From contig CAWCKY010000006.1 of assembly GCA_963796275.1 (NCBI GenBank), positions 2,368,001 to 2,432,000 on the forward strand: a stretch of DNA of 64,000 nucleotides. Direction: 5' to 3'. Origin of the DNA: an uncultured Acidobacteriota bacterium. GTDB taxonomy: Bacteria > Acidobacteriota > Blastocatellia > RBC074. The notes beneath the pieces are model-generated. The model searched no databases, was not told where the DNA came from, and saw only the letters and a program-made list of their open reading frames with translations. This document shows, piece by piece, positions 49,029-59,099 of the stretch (position 1 is the first letter of the stretch; every line of letters starts with the position of its first letter). The position numbers and the translations under genes are program-made.

Positions 49029-50417
49029 ATGCAAAAAAACTGGCTAATCTGCTTGTCCCTGTGCCTGACGATTTATGTTGGCGTGACAATCACGCCAGTT
49101 TTGGGACAAACGGTGCAAAAACCGATATACAATGTGCTTTTTATCGCTGTGGATGATCTACGACCCGAACTGGGGACGTACGGTAATAAGATCATCAAGA
49201 CCCCCAATATCGACAAGCTGGCTTCATGGGGCGTGCGGTTTGACGCGGCGTATGTGCAATACCCGCTCTGCAATCCGTCGCGCGCATCTATGTTGAATGG
49301 GCGCTACCCTACCCAGACCGGGGTACTGGACAACCGCACATGGTTCGGCGCGGCGCATCCGGAGTTCATTTCGCTGCCGAAGTTTTTCAAGCAGCAAGGC
49401 TATGCGAGTTTGCGCACTGGCAAGATATTTCATGGCGGAATAGACGATACCGACGCGTGGACTGAAGGCGGCGACAAGCGCAATTTTGAAGGCGCGATGA
49501 ACACCACAGCGAGGGGGCAAAACCCGCGGAACTCCGACCGAATCGTCGCGCTCGCAGGCGACGGCGAGTCGCACGCCGATTATCGGTTCGCCACGAAGGC
49601 GATCGAGTTTCTGGAAGCATACAAAGACAAGCGTTTCCTGTTGATGTTCGGCCTGACGAAGCCGCACAGCCCGCCGACCGCGCCGAAAAAGATGATTGAT
49701 ATGTACGACGCCGCGAAGATGCCGTTACCGGTAGATTTCGCGCCGCGCCCGACGGTTCCGCCGGGCTTTCCCAAACTCTCCGTGCCGCCTCGCAGCGGTG
49801 ATCTGTTCATCGGGCGGGATGCGTCCAACGCCGAGGCGCGCGAGGTAATGCGGGCTTACTACGCCTCAATCACCTACGCTGATTACAACGTGGGCCGCGT
49901 GCTCGACGCGCTCGAACGGCTGGAGCTGCGCGAGAAGACGATCATCGTCTTCTGGGGCGATCACGGTTATCACCTGGGCGAAAAGGGCAAATGGTCGAAG
50001 CACAATTCGCTCTTTGAAGTCGGCACGCGCGTGCCGTTGATGATCGTGATGCCCGGCGCGAAGGGCAACGGCAAAGCTTCGCCGCGCGTAGTCGAAGCGG
50101 TTGACTTGTATCCGACGCTGGCTGATCTGTGCGGCCTGCCGGCGCCGAAAGGGCTGGCGGGGCAGAGCCTGAAACCGCTGCTCGATAACCCACAGGTGAA
50201 ATGGAATCAACCGGCCTATACCGTGACGAAATTCGGCGCCAACATCGGCAAGGCTGTCCGCACCGAACGCTGGCGTTATGCGGAATATGACGATGGCGGG
50301 GCAATGCTGTTCGATCGCCGGAAAGACCCGCACGAGTTGAAGAATCTGGCGAACGATCCGGCATACGCGAAGACCGTAGCCGAAATGAAGACGCTGTTGA
50401 GTCAAATGCCTAATTGA
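49029..50417 (+). CDS. sulfatase (iduronate-2-sulfatase-like)
   Basis: IAVDDLRP, CNPSR, WGDHGYHLGEK. Confidence 0.93.
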   Translation: MQKNWLICLSLCLTIYVGVTITPVLGQTVQKPIYNVLFIAVDDLRPELGTYGNKIIKTPNIDKLASWGVRFDAAYVQYPLCNPSRASMLNGRYPTQTGVLDNRTWFGAAHPEFISLPKFFKQQGYASLRTGKIFHGGIDDTDAWTEGGDKRNFEGAMNTTARGQNPRNSDRIVALAGDGESHADYRFATKAIEFLEAYKDKRFLLMFGLTKPHSPPTAPKKMIDMYDAAKMPLPVDFAPRPTVPPGFPKLSVPPRSGDLFIGRDASNAEAREVMRAYYASITYADYNVGRVLDALERLELREKTIIVFWGDHGYHLGEKGKWSKHNSLFEVGTRVPLMIVMPGAKGNGKASPRVVEAVDLYPTLADLCGLPAPKGLAGQSLKPLLDNPQVKWNQPAYTVTKFGANIGKAVRTERWRYAEYDDGGAMLFDRRKDPHELKNLANDPAYAKTVAEMKTLLSQMPN

Positions 50418-50522
50418 TGAAGGAACGGCTTTTATTGTGAGCGATGGCGTGTCGCTCCCCACTTGCCTCATACATCGTTAAATGGGCAATTGATAACTTC
50501 CCTAATATTTGCGAGGTGAATA

Positions 50523-51698
50523 ATGAACGAGCCACAAAATGATTTTTGCGGTAACAGAGCCGTAAATCGCCGCGACTTTCTGCAAGCTAGCGCGGCCGCG
50601 CTTGCCGTTGGCGCCTTCGGTGGAAAGGCGATCGCCGCGACGGTCGAGTGGCGAAATGAGCAATCCGGGATGGCTTATCGCCGATTGGGGCGAACCGGGA
50701 TGATGATTTCCGAAATCGTATCCGGTGGTGATCCGATCAAGCTAGACAACTACGAACATCTGAATCTCGCGCTGGAGAAGGGCTTAAACTATCTGGACAT
50801 GGCGCCTTCGTACAATCAGGGGAAGTGCGAAGAGGCTTACGGCCAACTGCTCGCAGGGTCTTCGGCGAAACGCGAGAAGGTTTTTCTGACGACCAAGATA
50901 AGCAGCTTCAACCGGCTGGCCGGACAGATGTATCAGGACATCTTTAATGGCCTTCCGCAAGAGAAGAAGGATGCGATCTTGAAACGCGCCGCCGAGATGC
51001 GGCGGGAACGTGGTGTCGAAAAGCCTGGATATTTCCTGACATATTTCCCGAATCAGCAGAACGGATTCGATCTGGCTTACCTGCGCGGCGCGATGCTGAA
51101 AGATTACCGGCACAAGGTCGAAGGCAGCGGGCATTGCCGCAAATTCATCACCGAATCGCTCGAAGCCAGCCTGAAGCGAGTCGGCGTGGATTATTTCGAC
51201 ATCGCGATGTGCCCTCACGGTGCGAACTCGCCCGAAGACCTGGAATGCCCGGAAATCATCGAAACCTTTCAGCAATTGAAGAAGCAGGGGAAAGTCCGCT
51301 TCCTGGGCGTGACCTCGCACAATGACCCGGCTGGCGTGCTGCGCACGGCGACGGCCGCGGGTTATTACGACGTGGCGATGGTCGCCTACAACGTGATCAA
51401 TGGCGGTTATCTGGAAGAGGCGATTCGACAGGCAGCGGCCAAAGGCATGGGAATAATTTCGATGAAGGCCGCCCACGCCGTCGCCACGCATCACAAAGCC
51501 CTACAGCCGATCCCCGATTGGCGTGTGCAGAAGATAAATCGCGTCATCGCGGGCGATATGAAAGCGCCGATGAAAGCTTATCTGTGGGCTTTACAAAACC
51601 CCCACATCTCAGCGGTCATCTCGAATCTGTGGGATGAAACGTTCATCAAGGAGAACCTGTCGCTGGCGGGCAAGAAAGTTGAATTACAGCCGGCCTGA
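50523..51698 (+). CDS. aldo/keto reductase family protein with Tat signal
   Basis: NRRDFL; YRRLGRTG, NYLDMAPSY, SLKRVGVDYFD, GKVRFLGVTSH. Confidence 0.88.
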   Translation: MNEPQNDFCGNRAVNRRDFLQASAAALAVGAFGGKAIAATVEWRNEQSGMAYRRLGRTGMMISEIVSGGDPIKLDNYEHLNLALEKGLNYLDMAPSYNQGKCEEAYGQLLAGSSAKREKVFLTTKISSFNRLAGQMYQDIFNGLPQEKKDAILKRAAEMRRERGVEKPGYFLTYFPNQQNGFDLAYLRGAMLKDYRHKVEGSGHCRKFITESLEASLKRVGVDYFDIAMCPHGANSPEDLECPEIIETFQQLKKQGKVRFLGVTSHNDPAGVLRTATAAGYYDVAMVAYNVINGGYLEEAIRQAAAKGMGIISMKAAHAVATHHKALQPIPDWRVQKINRVIAGDMKAPMKAYLWALQNPHISAVISNLWDETFIKENLSLAGKKVELQPA

Positions 51699-51711
51699 CA
51701 TCATTTGCACC

Positions 51712-53817
51712 ATGAAAAAACAAGAAAGATATCTTCTCGGTTTTTGGCTTCTGGCCGTCATTTCGGTGTCGGCGGCACATATCCTCGCGCAATCGCCTGC
51801 GCCGCTGCGCCCGCCAGCCACGCCGCTCATCACCCACGACCCCTACTTCAGCGTCTGGTCAATGAATGACACGCTGACTGCGGAACCGACGAAACACTGG
51901 ACGGGCAGCGAACAGCCGTTGACGGGACTCGCGCGGATTGACGGCACGACCTACCGCTTTATGGGTGTGTCGCCGCGCTGGGCTGAGCCGGCCATCCAGC
52001 CGATGAAGCAGGTCGGCTTTCAACTGACTCCGACACGCACGATCTACAGCTTCGAGCAGGGAGGTGTGCGGCTCGATTTCACTTTCCTGACGCCGGCTTT
52101 GCCGCAGGACCTGGAAGTTTTGTCGCGCCCGGTGACGTATTTGATAGGGGAAGTGCGCGCGACCGATGGCAGGGAGCACAAGGTCAAGCTCTATCTCGAC
52201 GCTACTTCGCATCTGGTCGTCAACCGGGTCGAGGATCGCGCGATGTGGTCGCGCCATCGCGTCGGCGACCTGGAGGTGGCGCGCCTGGGCAGTCTCAGTC
52301 AGAACGTTCTCAGCAAATCGGGCGACGATCTGCGGATTGACTGGGGCCATCTTTACCTGGCCGCGCCGCCGCAGAAAGCCAAAGTCGCGACGCTCGGAAC
52401 GACGACCCACGAGCGCGGGCGTTACGCCAATAGTCTGTCGCTTCCTGAACCGCAAGATCTGGAACTGCCCACGCACACCTCACGGTTGACCCCGCTCATC
52501 GCTCTGACGCTCGATCTCGATCAGGTAGGAGCGACGCCCGTGACAGCCAACGCGATGATCGCGTATGACGATCAATTTTCTATTGAGTATTTCCACCGCA
52601 AGCTGAGGCCTTACTGGCGGCGCAACAATCGCACGGGCGCGGCGGACTTGCTGAAAACCGCGGCGCGCGATTTTTCTTCGCTGAAAGAACGCTGCGAAAA
52701 ATTCGACGCCGAGCTGACGGCTGATTTAGTGAAGGCGGGCGGCGAGAAATACGCGGCGCTCAGTATTGCGGCTTATCGGCAAACGCTCGCAGCGCACAAG
52801 CTCGCGGCGGATTTCGACGGCACGCCGCTCTACTTCTCGAAGGAGAATTTCTCGAACGGCTGCATCGCCACGGTGGACGTGACTTATCCGAGCGCGCCGT
52901 TTTACCTGCTGCTCAACCCGCAACTGCTCAAGGCGATGTTGCGGCCCATGCTCGATTATGCGCAATCGCCGCGCTGGCCGTGGCCTTACGCGCCGCACGA
53001 TCTCGGCACGTACCCGCTGGCGAACGGGCAGGTCTACGGCGGCGGCGAAGAGACCGAAGACCGGCAGATGCCCGTCGAGGAGAGCGGCAACATGCTGATT
53101 CTGATGGCCGCGCTGGCCGAAGCCGAAGGCGCTGCGGAGTTCAGCAAACGGTACTGGCCGCTGCTGAAAAAGTGGGCGGGATATCTGAAAGAAAAAGGTC
53201 TCGATCCCGACAACCAACTCTGTACGGACGATTTCGCCGGGCATCTGGCGCACAACACCAATCTCTCGATTAAGGCGATCGTCGCGCTGGCGAGCTACGC
53301 GCGGTTGGCCGCGCAGCTGGGCGAGAAGAATGAGGCAGCGACGTACCAGACGCTGGCGCAACAGATGGCTGGGCAATGGGCTAAGATGGCTGATGATGGC
53401 GATCATTACCGCCTGGCGTTCGACAAAGCGGGCACGTGGAGCCAGAAATACAATCTGGTCTGGGACAAACTGCTGCGCTTGAATTTGTTTGCGCCAGAAG
53501 TAGTGCGCAAAGAGATCGCATACTACAAAACCAAGCAGAACGAATTCGGTTTGCCGCTCGACAACCGCTCGACCTATACAAAACTCGATTGGATTTTGTG
53601 GACCGCGACGCTGGCGGATAATCAGAGTGATTTCACCGCCATCGCTGCCCCCGCTTACAAATTCGCCAACGAATCGCCCACGCGCGTGCCGCTGTCCGAT
53701 TGGTACTGGACACAGGACGGCAAACAACGCGGCTTTCAGGCCCGGTCGGTGGTGGGCGGCATATACATCAAACTTCTGGCGGACGAGTCTATGTGGAAGA
53801 AATGGCGCACGCGCTGA
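51712..53817 (+). CDS. glutaminase GtaA-like / DUF4965 family secreted hydrolase
   Basis: LRPPATPLITHDPYFSVW, SKENFSNG, MPVEESGNM, QLCTDDFAG, FQARSVVGG. Confidence 0.88.
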   Translation: MKKQERYLLGFWLLAVISVSAAHILAQSPAPLRPPATPLITHDPYFSVWSMNDTLTAEPTKHWTGSEQPLTGLARIDGTTYRFMGVSPRWAEPAIQPMKQVGFQLTPTRTIYSFEQGGVRLDFTFLTPALPQDLEVLSRPVTYLIGEVRATDGREHKVKLYLDATSHLVVNRVEDRAMWSRHRVGDLEVARLGSLSQNVLSKSGDDLRIDWGHLYLAAPPQKAKVATLGTTTHERGRYANSLSLPEPQDLELPTHTSRLTPLIALTLDLDQVGATPVTANAMIAYDDQFSIEYFHRKLRPYWRRNNRTGAADLLKTAARDFSSLKERCEKFDAELTADLVKAGGEKYAALSIAAYRQTLAAHKLAADFDGTPLYFSKENFSNGCIATVDVTYPSAPFYLLLNPQLLKAMLRPMLDYAQSPRWPWPYAPHDLGTYPLANGQVYGGGEETEDRQMPVEESGNMLILMAALAEAEGAAEFSKRYWPLLKKWAGYLKEKGLDPDNQLCTDDFAGHLAHNTNLSIKAIVALASYARLAAQLGEKNEAATYQTLAQQMAGQWAKMADDGDHYRLAFDKAGTWSQKYNLVWDKLLRLNLFAPEVVRKEIAYYKTKQNEFGLPLDNRSTYTKLDWILWTATLADNQSDFTAIAAPAYKFANESPTRVPLSDWYWTQDGKQRGFQARSVVGGIYIKLLADESMWKKWRTR

Positions 53818-53923
53818 TGTTGGATAAGATGGCATCCTTACAAATCCGATTTCGCAAAACCTGCATGCAATAGGTGGTGGTCCATATTGATCAGCCGCCA
53901 GTGATCGTGAGATGGCTCAAGCC

Positions 53924-54118
53924 CGATGAACAAGCCCGTTGAAAACGGGCTGGGGATATATCCTTCACGCTACCAGCCGTCGAACGGCTGGACTATTGTT
54001 ACCGTGTCATAAAATTCTCGAATTTCCTTGGAAATTCGCATATGCGATCTGTGTACCGCGCTGAGATGGTTGAGCCTTTGGAGTGCGGTAGCAAGCAAGC
54101 AAGCTACCGCACTCTAAA
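53924..54118. repeat. cluster of REP-like hairpins
   Basis: AGCCCGTT-GA-AAACGGGCT; CCAGCCGTCGAACGGCTGG; TTTGGAGTGCGGTAGC...GCTACCGCACTCTAAA (54077-54118). Confidence 0.65.
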
Positions 54119-54237
54119 AGGCTCCGCCATCCTTTGAATATCAGTTGAACTTCGCTTGATTTCCTAAGAAACCGAGTAGTTTTGTGACACATTAGCACTA
54201 TTCGCCTTGCGAGAAAGCCCGGTCGAAAATCTGAATT

Positions 54238-54442
54238 GGGTACTCCAACGGGATTTTTGAAAATGTGTATTAAAAGACCTCTTCAGAGGCTGAAGTGAAG
54301 TCAGTACCGCGAGCGGTAGCGAGCGGCCTCAATATAAAGCGCGCTCGCTACCGCTCGCGGTACTGATCCAGCGACCCTTTTTGACGGCTAATCGCCAACG
54401 CCTTTGTTTTTACCGGTTTCAAAAATCAGCTATGGAGTACCC
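54238..54442. mobile_element. 205-bp MITE, copy 1
   Basis: Perfect 10-bp TIR GGGTACTCCA/TGGAGTACCC; flanking direct repeat TGAATT (54232-54237, 54443-54448); central 25-bp perfect stem at 54301-54366. Confidence 0.85.
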
Positions 54443-54522
54443 TGAATTGTCGGACCCATAAGAAGTGGGTACTGACAAGGATTACGTCTAGCCCCACGAT
54501 AAAACCCAGGAAGACAAGCATC

Positions 54523-57500
54523 GTGAAACAACTCCCCCTTTTGATCGCTGTCGTTCTGCTATATTGCGCCGTTGGCGTATGCCTCGCGCAGGAGTCTCGC
54601 GCAGTCGTGCTGGGTCGCGTGATCGACGCTTCGGGCGCGGCTGTGGCGGGCGCGAAGGTCATCGCACAAAGCCTGGATACCGGCGTCATTACCTCATCAG
54701 TCTGCAATGAAGAAGGTGGTTATCAGATCAACTACCTGCAACCAGGACCTTACCAAATCTCGGTTGAGGCCGATGGTTTCAAGCGAGTTTCGCGCGATTC
54801 GGTCGATGTGCGCGTCGGCGATCGGTTAGCGCTGGATTTCACACTCGAAGTCGGCGCGGTCTCAGAGACGGTCACCGTCACATCCGAAGCGCCGCTGCTC
54901 GACACGACCTCCGCCTCATCGGGGATGGTGATTGACGGCAAACGAGCGGCGGAACTGCCGGTCGTCGGAGGCAATTCCTTCTATCTTTCGCGGCTTTCGC
55001 CCGGCGTGATGACCGCAGGCGGGCGCTCCGGCGCTAACGCCTTCGATTACGGGGCCGGAAGCAATCTGATCGGCAACGGTTCGAGATCGGGGACGAGCGA
55101 AGTCACGCTGGATGGCTCGCCCAATATGTTCGAGCGCAGCACAAGTTTCTCGCCGCCGCAGGATCTGGTCGCGGAATTTAAAATTCAAACGATCTCTTAC
55201 GACGCTTCCATCGGCCACGCCAGCGGGGCGCTGACCAACGTCAGCGTCAAATCAGGCACCAGGGATTTGCACGGCACGGTTTATATGAACGATTCGCGGC
55301 TGCGCGCGATTCCATGGCACACCAACCGCTTTATTGGTCAACTGCTGGCCGCGCCCGGCGCGAAGGAAGATGAGATTCGCGCGCGTAACGTGCCGACCTG
55401 GCTGCATCAACGTTGGGGGGCCACGGCGACCGGGCCGGTCATCATACCCAAACTTTACAACGGGCGGCAGAAGACTTTCTGGAGTTTCGGCTATGAGGGG
55501 TTGAAGATCGAACGCAACCTTTCATTCACCGGCACGGTTCCGACCGAACAGCAACGCGACGGCAATTTTTCGGATCTGCTCAAGCTGGGCGCGTCTTATC
55601 AGATTTACGATCCGTTCACGATCCAGCCAGCGGCGGGCGGACGTTTCAGTCGTCAACCGATAGAGGGAAATATCATTCCGTCGAATTGCATTGACCCGGT
55701 GGCGAAAATGATCTTGGCGTTCTACCCGATGCCGAATCAGCCGGGCACGGCGGATGGCCGCCAGAATTATTTCACGACGCAGAAAATTGACCGCAGCAAT
55801 CACAACTTTCTGGCGAGGGTGGATCACAACTTCAACGAGAATCATCGCCTGTTCGTGCGCTACACGCAGAATAATCAGTATGACACGACGGTGCAGTTCG
55901 AGGGCGGGGCGACCGGCACGACCGCCGAGCAGCCTGGGCGCGGCATCGCGGTAGACGATGTCATCACCTTTAGCCCGACACTCGTGCTCAATCTGCGTTA
56001 CAGCCTGTCGCACCAGACGCCTATTCAAGGCAGATTGACGCGCGGGTTCGATCTGCTTTCCTTGGGGTTCCCGCAAGGCATGATCAACGAGATCAATGCG
56101 AAGAACGATCCGACCCGTATCAGTTTTCCCGAGATCAACATCGACGACTACATGGCGATTGGGCAGGATGGCGGCGGATCGCGCTCAATCTACTACCACG
56201 TCTTCGGCGGTACGGCGACGAAGGTCATCGGCAATCACAGTTTGAAAATCGGCGCCGAATATCGCTTGCAGCGCGAGAACGGTTTCGGCTTCGGCAACGT
56301 CGCGCCCACCTTCACGTTCGCCGAAGCGTTTACGCGCGGACCGCTCGACAATTCGCCGGTTGCGCCGATCGGGCAAGGGCTGGCGAGTTTTTTGCTAGGT
56401 GTGCCTACGAGCGGCTCGGTGAACATCAACGCCGCGCGCTCCCAGCAATCCGATTTTTACGGAGTGTTCCTCCACAACGATTGGCGAGTGAACCAGCGGC
56501 TTACCCTGAATCTCGGCGTTCGTTACGAATACGAGGGTGCGCCGACCGAACGATTCAACCGTTCGATTCGTGGATTCGACACGACGGTGGAGAGTCCGAT
56601 TGCAGCGCAGGCCCTGACCAATTACGGCGCCGACCCGATTCCCGAACTCCCGGTCGAAAACTTCCGAACTTTGGGCGGCTTGAACTTCGCGGGTGTCAAC
56701 GGCAACCCGCGTGGGCTGTGGAAGCCGGACAGGAACAACATCATGCCGCGCATCGGGCTGGCCTGGTCTCTGAATCAGAAGACCGTGATCCGCGCCGGCT
56801 TCGGCGTCTATTTCGACACAATCGGCGTGGATCGCGAAGACGTGAACCAGGGCGGATTCAATCAATCCACCAATTTTATTCCGACGCTGGATAACGGACA
56901 GACCTACATTGCCTCTCTATCCAATCCATTCCCGAACGGCTTCCAGACGCCGCCCGGCGCGTCGCAGGGCTTGCGGACATCTCTGGGGCGTAACATCAGT
57001 TACTTTCAGGGAGAGCCGCTCAATCCATATCTGTCGCGCTGGTCGTTATCTGTTCAGCGCGAATTGCCCGGCAAGCTAGTGGCGGAGATCACTTACGTCG
57101 GCAGCCGCGGCAACAAGCTGGGCGTTGATCGCAATATCAACCCCGTGCCGCGCCGGTATCTCTCGACCAGCTCGGTACGCGATGACGCAAGGTTCAACTT
57201 ACTGAGCTCGCTGGAGAGCAACCCGTTCTTCGGCATCGCCGATTTCGCGGGAACGCCGCTGGGGAATCAAAATGTCGCGCGTTCGCAGCTTCTACGCCCG
57301 TTTCCGCACTTTCAAGACATCATCGTCACTGAATCTATCGGCTATAGCTGGTATCACTCGATGCAGGTCGGCATGGAGAAAAGGCTGACCAAAGGGCTGA
57401 CGTTCCAGGCGTCGTACACCTGGTCAAGGTTGATGCAGGCGACCGAGTTTCTGAACGACGCTGATCTGGGGCCTTCCGAAGTTGTCTCGGGTCAGGATTA

Positions 57501-58077
57501 TCCGCACCGATTCGCGCTGAACGGCATTTATGAATTGCCCTTCGGCAAAGGGCGCAAGTGGTTGGGCGACGCGAACCGTTGGCTGGATCTGGCCATCGGC
57601 GGATGGCAGTTCCAGGGTTGGTATGAAGGACAGAGCGGCGAGGCGCTGGGATTCGGCAACGCGATTGTACATGGCAATCTGCGCGATCTTGTCCTGCCCG
57701 TCGGCGAGCGCACGACCGACCGCTGGTTAAATCTGGAGGCGGCCAACCGCATCTTCGAGCGAGCCCAGGCGAAGCAATTCATCGCCAACAGCAACACCCT
57801 CAGAGCCACCAATACCACCAACATCCGCACGCTTCCGCTGCGCTTTGGTTACATCCGAGCAGATGGGACGAACAACTTCGACCTGTCTTTGTTCAAGAAC
57901 GTCCGCCTGACCGAACGCTTTAGAATGCAATTTCGCGCTGAGAGCTTCAACGCGATCAACCACGTGCAATTCGCCAACCCGAACACCGATCTGACGAACA
58001 CAGCCTTCGGCACCATAACGGGCGAAAAAGGGCACGGGCAGCGGCAATGGACGTTCGGGCTTAAGCTGCTTTTCTGA
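54523..58077 (+). CDS. TonB-dependent receptor (Oar-like, N-terminal carboxypeptidase-regulatory-like domain)
   Basis: GRVIDASGA, LEVGAVSETVTV, LTLNLGVRYEY, PRIGLAW, C-terminal GLKLLF. Confidence 0.93.
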   Translation: MKQLPLLIAVVLLYCAVGVCLAQESRAVVLGRVIDASGAAVAGAKVIAQSLDTGVITSSVCNEEGGYQINYLQPGPYQISVEADGFKRVSRDSVDVRVGDRLALDFTLEVGAVSETVTVTSEAPLLDTTSASSGMVIDGKRAAELPVVGGNSFYLSRLSPGVMTAGGRSGANAFDYGAGSNLIGNGSRSGTSEVTLDGSPNMFERSTSFSPPQDLVAEFKIQTISYDASIGHASGALTNVSVKSGTRDLHGTVYMNDSRLRAIPWHTNRFIGQLLAAPGAKEDEIRARNVPTWLHQRWGATATGPVIIPKLYNGRQKTFWSFGYEGLKIERNLSFTGTVPTEQQRDGNFSDLLKLGASYQIYDPFTIQPAAGGRFSRQPIEGNIIPSNCIDPVAKMILAFYPMPNQPGTADGRQNYFTTQKIDRSNHNFLARVDHNFNENHRLFVRYTQNNQYDTTVQFEGGATGTTAEQPGRGIAVDDVITFSPTLVLNLRYSLSHQTPIQGRLTRGFDLLSLGFPQGMINEINAKNDPTRISFPEINIDDYMAIGQDGGGSRSIYYHVFGGTATKVIGNHSLKIGAEYRLQRENGFGFGNVAPTFTFAEAFTRGPLDNSPVAPIGQGLASFLLGVPTSGSVNINAARSQQSDFYGVFLHNDWRVNQRLTLNLGVRYEYEGAPTERFNRSIRGFDTTVESPIAAQALTNYGADPIPELPVENFRTLGGLNFAGVNGNPRGLWKPDRNNIMPRIGLAWSLNQKTVIRAGFGVYFDTIGVDREDVNQGGFNQSTNFIPTLDNGQTYIASLSNPFPNGFQTPPGASQGLRTSLGRNISYFQGEPLNPYLSRWSLSVQRELPGKLVAEITYVGSRGNKLGVDRNINPVPRRYLSTSSVRDDARFNLLSSLESNPFFGIADFAGTPLGNQNVARSQLLRPFPHFQDIIVTESIGYSWYHSMQVGMEKRLTKGLTFQASYTWSRLMQATEFLNDADLGPSEVVSGQDYPHRFALNGIYELPFGKGRKWLGDANRWLDLAIGGWQFQGWYEGQSGEALGFGNAIVHGNLRDLVLPVGERTTDRWLNLEAANRIFERAQAKQFIANSNTLRATNTTNIRTLPLRFGYIRADGTNNFDLSLFKNVRLTERFRMQFRAESFNAINHVQFANPNTDLTNTAFGTITGEKGHGQRQWTFGLKLLF

Positions 58078-58133
58078 AATTTGCCGCGCTTATGTGATTG
58101 GCGAAACGCGCGCTTAATAGATATGACAAAAGG

Positions 58134-59099
58134 ATGAGCATGAGAAGAAGAATTGTCTGGCTGATTGCGGTTCTCTGGCTGTGTTGGGCGTCGGTTGGCG
58201 CTGGCGGGCAAAAACGTCCGGCGGGTCTGCATACCTTCAATTTGCAAAGCCCAAAAGACCTGAAAGATTTGTTGTCTTACGGCAAAGACCGCGTACCTAT
58301 GGTCAGCGCACATCGCGGCGGGGCGCGCAAAGGGTTCCCCGAAAACTGCATCGCTACGTTTGAAAACACGTTGCGCTCTACGCATGCACTGCTGGAAGTC
58401 GATCCACGGTACACGAAAGACGGCACGATTGTGTTGATGCACGACGCCACATTGGAACGCACCACGACGGGGCAGGGAAATGTGGCTGATTACACGCTGG
58501 CGCAATTGAAGGAATTACGGTTGAAAGATCCGGAAGGCGCCGTCACGGAATATCGCATCCCGACGCTGGATGAAGCGTTGGAGTGGGCGAAAGGGAAAAC
58601 GGCGCTGGTGCTGGATCAAAAGACGGTTCCGATGGAAGTCAGAGTGAAAAAGATTCGGGAGCATCAAGCGCAGGCCTACGCGCTGGTGATCGCCTATAGC
58701 TTTGATGACGCCAAGCGTTGTTACGAATTGGACGCGGAGATAATGCAGGAGGTCATGCTGCCTGATCGAGCGGCGGTCGACAGATTCGCCCGCACTGGCG
58801 TCGCCTGGAGCAATGTCGTCGCTTTTGTGACGCACACCCAGCCGAAGGAGCCGGACGTTTTCCAGTTGCTGCACGAGCGAGGCGTGCTGTGCATCGTCGG
58901 CGTTTCGCGCACTCTGGACCGCGATTTCGCCGCGGAAAAAATCGCTGACCGCCGGTTGCTCACGGAAAGATATCAAGACCTGATCCGCGCCGGCGTTGAT
59001 ATTCTCGAAGCGGATTTAGGCATTGAAGCGGGACAGGCACTGCAACCTATCCTTCCCGGAAACAACCGGCAGCGCAAATATCTACGGGCGCCTGAATGA
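58134..59099 (+). CDS. glycerophosphodiester phosphodiesterase family protein
   Basis: SAHRGG, PENC, LEVD...TKDG..VLMHD.TLERTT, IPTLDEAL. Confidence 0.9.
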   Translation: MSMRRRIVWLIAVLWLCWASVGAGGQKRPAGLHTFNLQSPKDLKDLLSYGKDRVPMVSAHRGGARKGFPENCIATFENTLRSTHALLEVDPRYTKDGTIVLMHDATLERTTTGQGNVADYTLAQLKELRLKDPEGAVTEYRIPTLDEALEWAKGKTALVLDQKTVPMEVRVKKIREHQAQAYALVIAYSFDDAKRCYELDAEIMQEVMLPDRAAVDRFARTGVAWSNVVAFVTHTQPKEPDVFQLLHERGVLCIVGVSRTLDRDFAAEKIADRRLLTERYQDLIRAGVDILEADLGIEAGQALQPILPGNNRQRKYLRAPE

